Source: a virus. From it: 64,000 bases of DNA. The notes under the pieces were generated by a model, which was given only the letters and a program-made list of their open reading frames with translations, was not told where the DNA came from and searched no databases. The DNA lies in the IMG/VR virus record IMGVR_UViG_3300005578_000001, positions 17,813 through 81,812 of that record, one strand, 5' to 3'. Shown one piece after another: positions 61,652-64,000 of the stretch. Positions within the stretch are counted from its first letter, which is position 1, and the number at the start of each line of letters is the position of its first letter. The translations under genes and the position numbers were made by a program.

Positions 61652-64000
61652 CGAGACTTTCGAACTGTATAGCCTTACCAGCAAGCTAACGCTGGATACC
61701 TCGCAGTTTGACCGCGCGTATGGCGAGGCGCAGAAAAAGATTCGTGCCGCGCCCGGTGATCTAAAAAAGCTGGAATCCGCTACCAAAGGCGCGGGTTCGT
61801 CAATCAGCAAGGACCTGGGTGGGGCGCTGGCCCAGATTGCCCCACAGCTCACAGTACTGACCACCGCAGGTGCAGTAGGACTGGTAGTAGCGGGGATGGG
61901 CTTACTCTCCGCGGCTGTAACCAGTGCTGCCTCAGAAATATGGTCGCTGGCGAATACTGCCGCCGACGCAGGCGGTGAAGTTTTCGATCTTACCCAGAAG
62001 GTTAACTTCAGCGCCGAGACTATCAGCGGTTTAGGGCAGGCGGGCAAGCGGGCAGGAGTAGATTTTCAGTCCTTCAACGCGTCGTTGGGAATCTTCGACA
62101 AGACGATGGAGAAGGCAAAAGACGGCACCAAAGAGACGGTTGCTGTTTTCAAGGAACTGGGAATTACCTCGCGTGATAATGAGACCGCGCTACGCCAGGC
62201 GTTTACAGGCTTAAATGATTTAGGTTCCAGCGGGCGTCAAACTGCTCTTGCCATGCAGTTATTCGGCAAGTCCGGCAGGGATGTATTAGCAGTAATCAAA
62301 GAGACCAACGGCGACATCGATACGGCCATCGAGCACTATCGACGGCTTGGCACTGTTATCAGCACCGAGGATGCGGCGGCGGCGGATGCCTTTGGAGACT
62401 CACTTACCCAACTCAGAGAACAGCTAAAGGGCGTTGAGCGCCAGTTGGGGCAAAACACACTGCCCACCTTCACCGCCTTTTTTGACGAAATCAGCAAGCA
62501 AATCGAAGGCGATCAGGATAGATGGTATAGCTGGTCCAACACAATCAATACAGTCACAACAATTGCACTCGGATCGTTCCTCGGGTTGGAAAGGGGCATT
62601 CGCGCCGCCTTTGCCCGGATTGAGATGGGCCGCTGGGCCGAGTTAATGAAGCTTCCTTTCCAGTTAGGTAAGTACTCGTTTGAGGAGACTAAAACCCTCC
62701 AGCAACGTGCGCAGATGATGTCAGAGAGCGGGGGCGTAACCGGGCAGGCTGACAAAGTACTGCGAGGCTTACGGAGTTCTGGCGGGGGTTACAGTCCTAA
62801 AGGTGGCGGCGGCGGGGGAGGCGGAAAAACTGAACGTGATCCACTCGACAGCCTGCGCGCCTCGCTGGTTAGTCTCAACGCCGAATACAGAAAGTACAAC
62901 GCCGAACTATTAGGCTCTGCTAACGCCACTTCACTAGCCGCCGAGAAGGAAAAGATTCTTGCTCATTTAATGACGAGCCTGAAGAGCGAAGTAAAAGAGA
63001 AGATCTCAGGGATGCGTGACGTGGACGAGGCTATCAATGCATCAATCAGCGCACTCCCCAAGAAGTCTCAGGAAGCAGCGCGCGCGCTTGTGGAACAAGC
63101 GGAAGCCCAAGCCAAACTCAATCTGGAACGAAAGAATGCGGTCGATGTCGATAAGCGCGCTAGTGACTTATCGCAGGGCTGGCGACAGGAAATGGACCGG
63201 GCACGGGGCGGGGTGGACCAGTATGCAGCAGCGATTCAGGATCTGGAAAAAGAGTTTGCTAAGTACGGGGCCACGCTGGATAGTGGTACGAGAGCAGAAC
63301 TACAACAGCTTGCCGTAATGCGACGGGAACTGGAGATGGTTCTTTCGCTGACAAGGGCCCGTGAGGTACTGCGCACTACCCGCGAACGAGCCGTTACCCG
63401 AGAAGGAAAGGAACGTCCACCGTGGATTGATCTCGGTGGCGGTTCTACGGTCGGCGGTGAACCGGGTACCACTGAACGGCCACGAGTCGCCACGGTGGAG
63501 GAGCAGGTACGTCGTGAGCGGGCGGCTATCTTACGCGAACAGATGGACCAACTGGCTTCCGATTTAACCTTCACGATTGACGATGCAATCACGGAAGGAT
63601 TTCGCAAAGGGGTCAAGGCGGGAGTGATTGAGTTTGGGTTAGGGATTCTGGAAATGGCTCGTCACGAAGCCTTGCAGGCACTCGAAAGAGCGATCAGCAA
63701 AGCCCTCGGCGGCAGTGGTGGTCAGGGGCAGGGGAGTAGTGGAGGGGGCTTGTGGTCTACGATCTTCAATTTCGGCATGAAAGCGGTAGGGGCGCTGATT
63801 GGTGGAGGTAGCGGATCAAGTGGGGGATTAGGTTCCGCCCTGGGAAGCAGCATTGGCGGACATGCGGGTGGGGGATACATGCCGCCTGATTCGTGGAGTT
63901 GGGTGGGTGAGCGTGGACCAGAGTTGGTTAAGGCAGGTCCACGCGGAGCCTCGGTTATGCCCAGTGGCGAATCGACGGCGTTTGCGGGTAGTCACATGAC
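61644..64000 (+). CDS. tape measure protein (runs off the window end)
   Basis: GTG start MANETFELYSLTSKLTLDTSQFD..; LFGKSG; HAGGG..WVGERGPELV near the window end; missing from the ORF track. Confidence 0.88.
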   Translation, partial: MANETFELYSLTSKLTLDTSQFDRAYGEAQKKIRAAPGDLKKLESATKGAGSSISKDLGGALAQIAPQLTVLTTAGAVGLVVAGMGLLSAAVTSAASEIWSLANTAADAGGEVFDLTQKVNFSAETISGLGQAGKRAGVDFQSFNASLGIFDKTMEKAKDGTKETVAVFKELGITSRDNETALRQAFTGLNDLGSSGRQTALAMQLFGKSGRDVLAVIKETNGDIDTAIEHYRRLGTVISTEDAAAADAFGDSLTQLREQLKGVERQLGQNTLPTFTAFFDEISKQIEGDQDRWYSWSNTINTVTTIALGSFLGLERGIRAAFARIEMGRWAELMKLPFQLGKYSFEETKTLQQRAQMMSESGGVTGQADKVLRGLRSSGGGYSPKGGGGGGGGKTERDPLDSLRASLVSLNAEYRKYNAELLGSANATSLAAEKEKILAHLMTSLKSEVKEKISGMRDVDEAINASISALPKKSQEAARALVEQAEAQAKLNLERKNAVDVDKRASDLSQGWRQEMDRARGGVDQYAAAIQDLEKEFAKYGATLDSGTRAELQQLAVMRRELEMVLSLTRAREVLRTTRERAVTREGKERPPWIDLGGGSTVGGEPGTTERPRVATVEEQVRRERAAILREQMDQLASDLTFTIDDAITEGFRKGVKAGVIEFGLGILEMARHEALQALERAISKALGGSGGQGQGSSGGGLWSTIFNFGMKAVGALIGGGSGSSGGLGSALGSSIGGHAGGGYMPPDSWSWVGERGPELVKAGPRGASVMPSGESTAFAGSHM

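Noticed and set aside
61625-63616. Short ORFs listed within the last 2.4 kb
   Set aside because: Shadows of the tape measure gene, which the track omitted because it has no stop in the window

Overview
The window is mostly a tailed (siphovirus-like) phage or prophage. The host may be Acidobacteriota/Blastocatellia, inferred from the paired XRE proteins and the allo-tRNA-like gene. No integrase is seen. Layout: small lysis/membrane-type genes including a stand-alone PAS protein (1-3.3 kb); an accessory island (3.3-12.2 kb); a long leftward early/replication operon with ThyA, a DNA methyltransferase, DnaN clamp, NinG-like, RNase H and Cas4-like nuclease genes (12.2-34.1 kb); a divergent promoter switch at 34.1 kb; and the rightward packaging, head and tail module from terminase to a tape measure gene that runs off the window end. 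The most notable feature is in the accessory island: a wHTH gene and a solo Cas7/RAMP-like gene, followed by a non-coding array of about 94-113 nt units. Each unit is made of NN-(N)GY pentamers and ends in a short CCAATGG-type hairpin, and an accessory gene follows. This is a candidate non-CRISPR RNA-guided system. The accessory gene's 3' end is interrupted by a 6.26 kb IS1-family cargo transposon (18-bp perfect terminal inverted repeats, 9-bp target duplication). The transposon carries a Panacea-like plus proteasome-like protease pair, a HigB-HigA-SecB (TAC) operon, and a 9/3 allo-tRNA-like gene with a UUA anticodon. All protein calls come from motif recognition by eye; no database searches were run.
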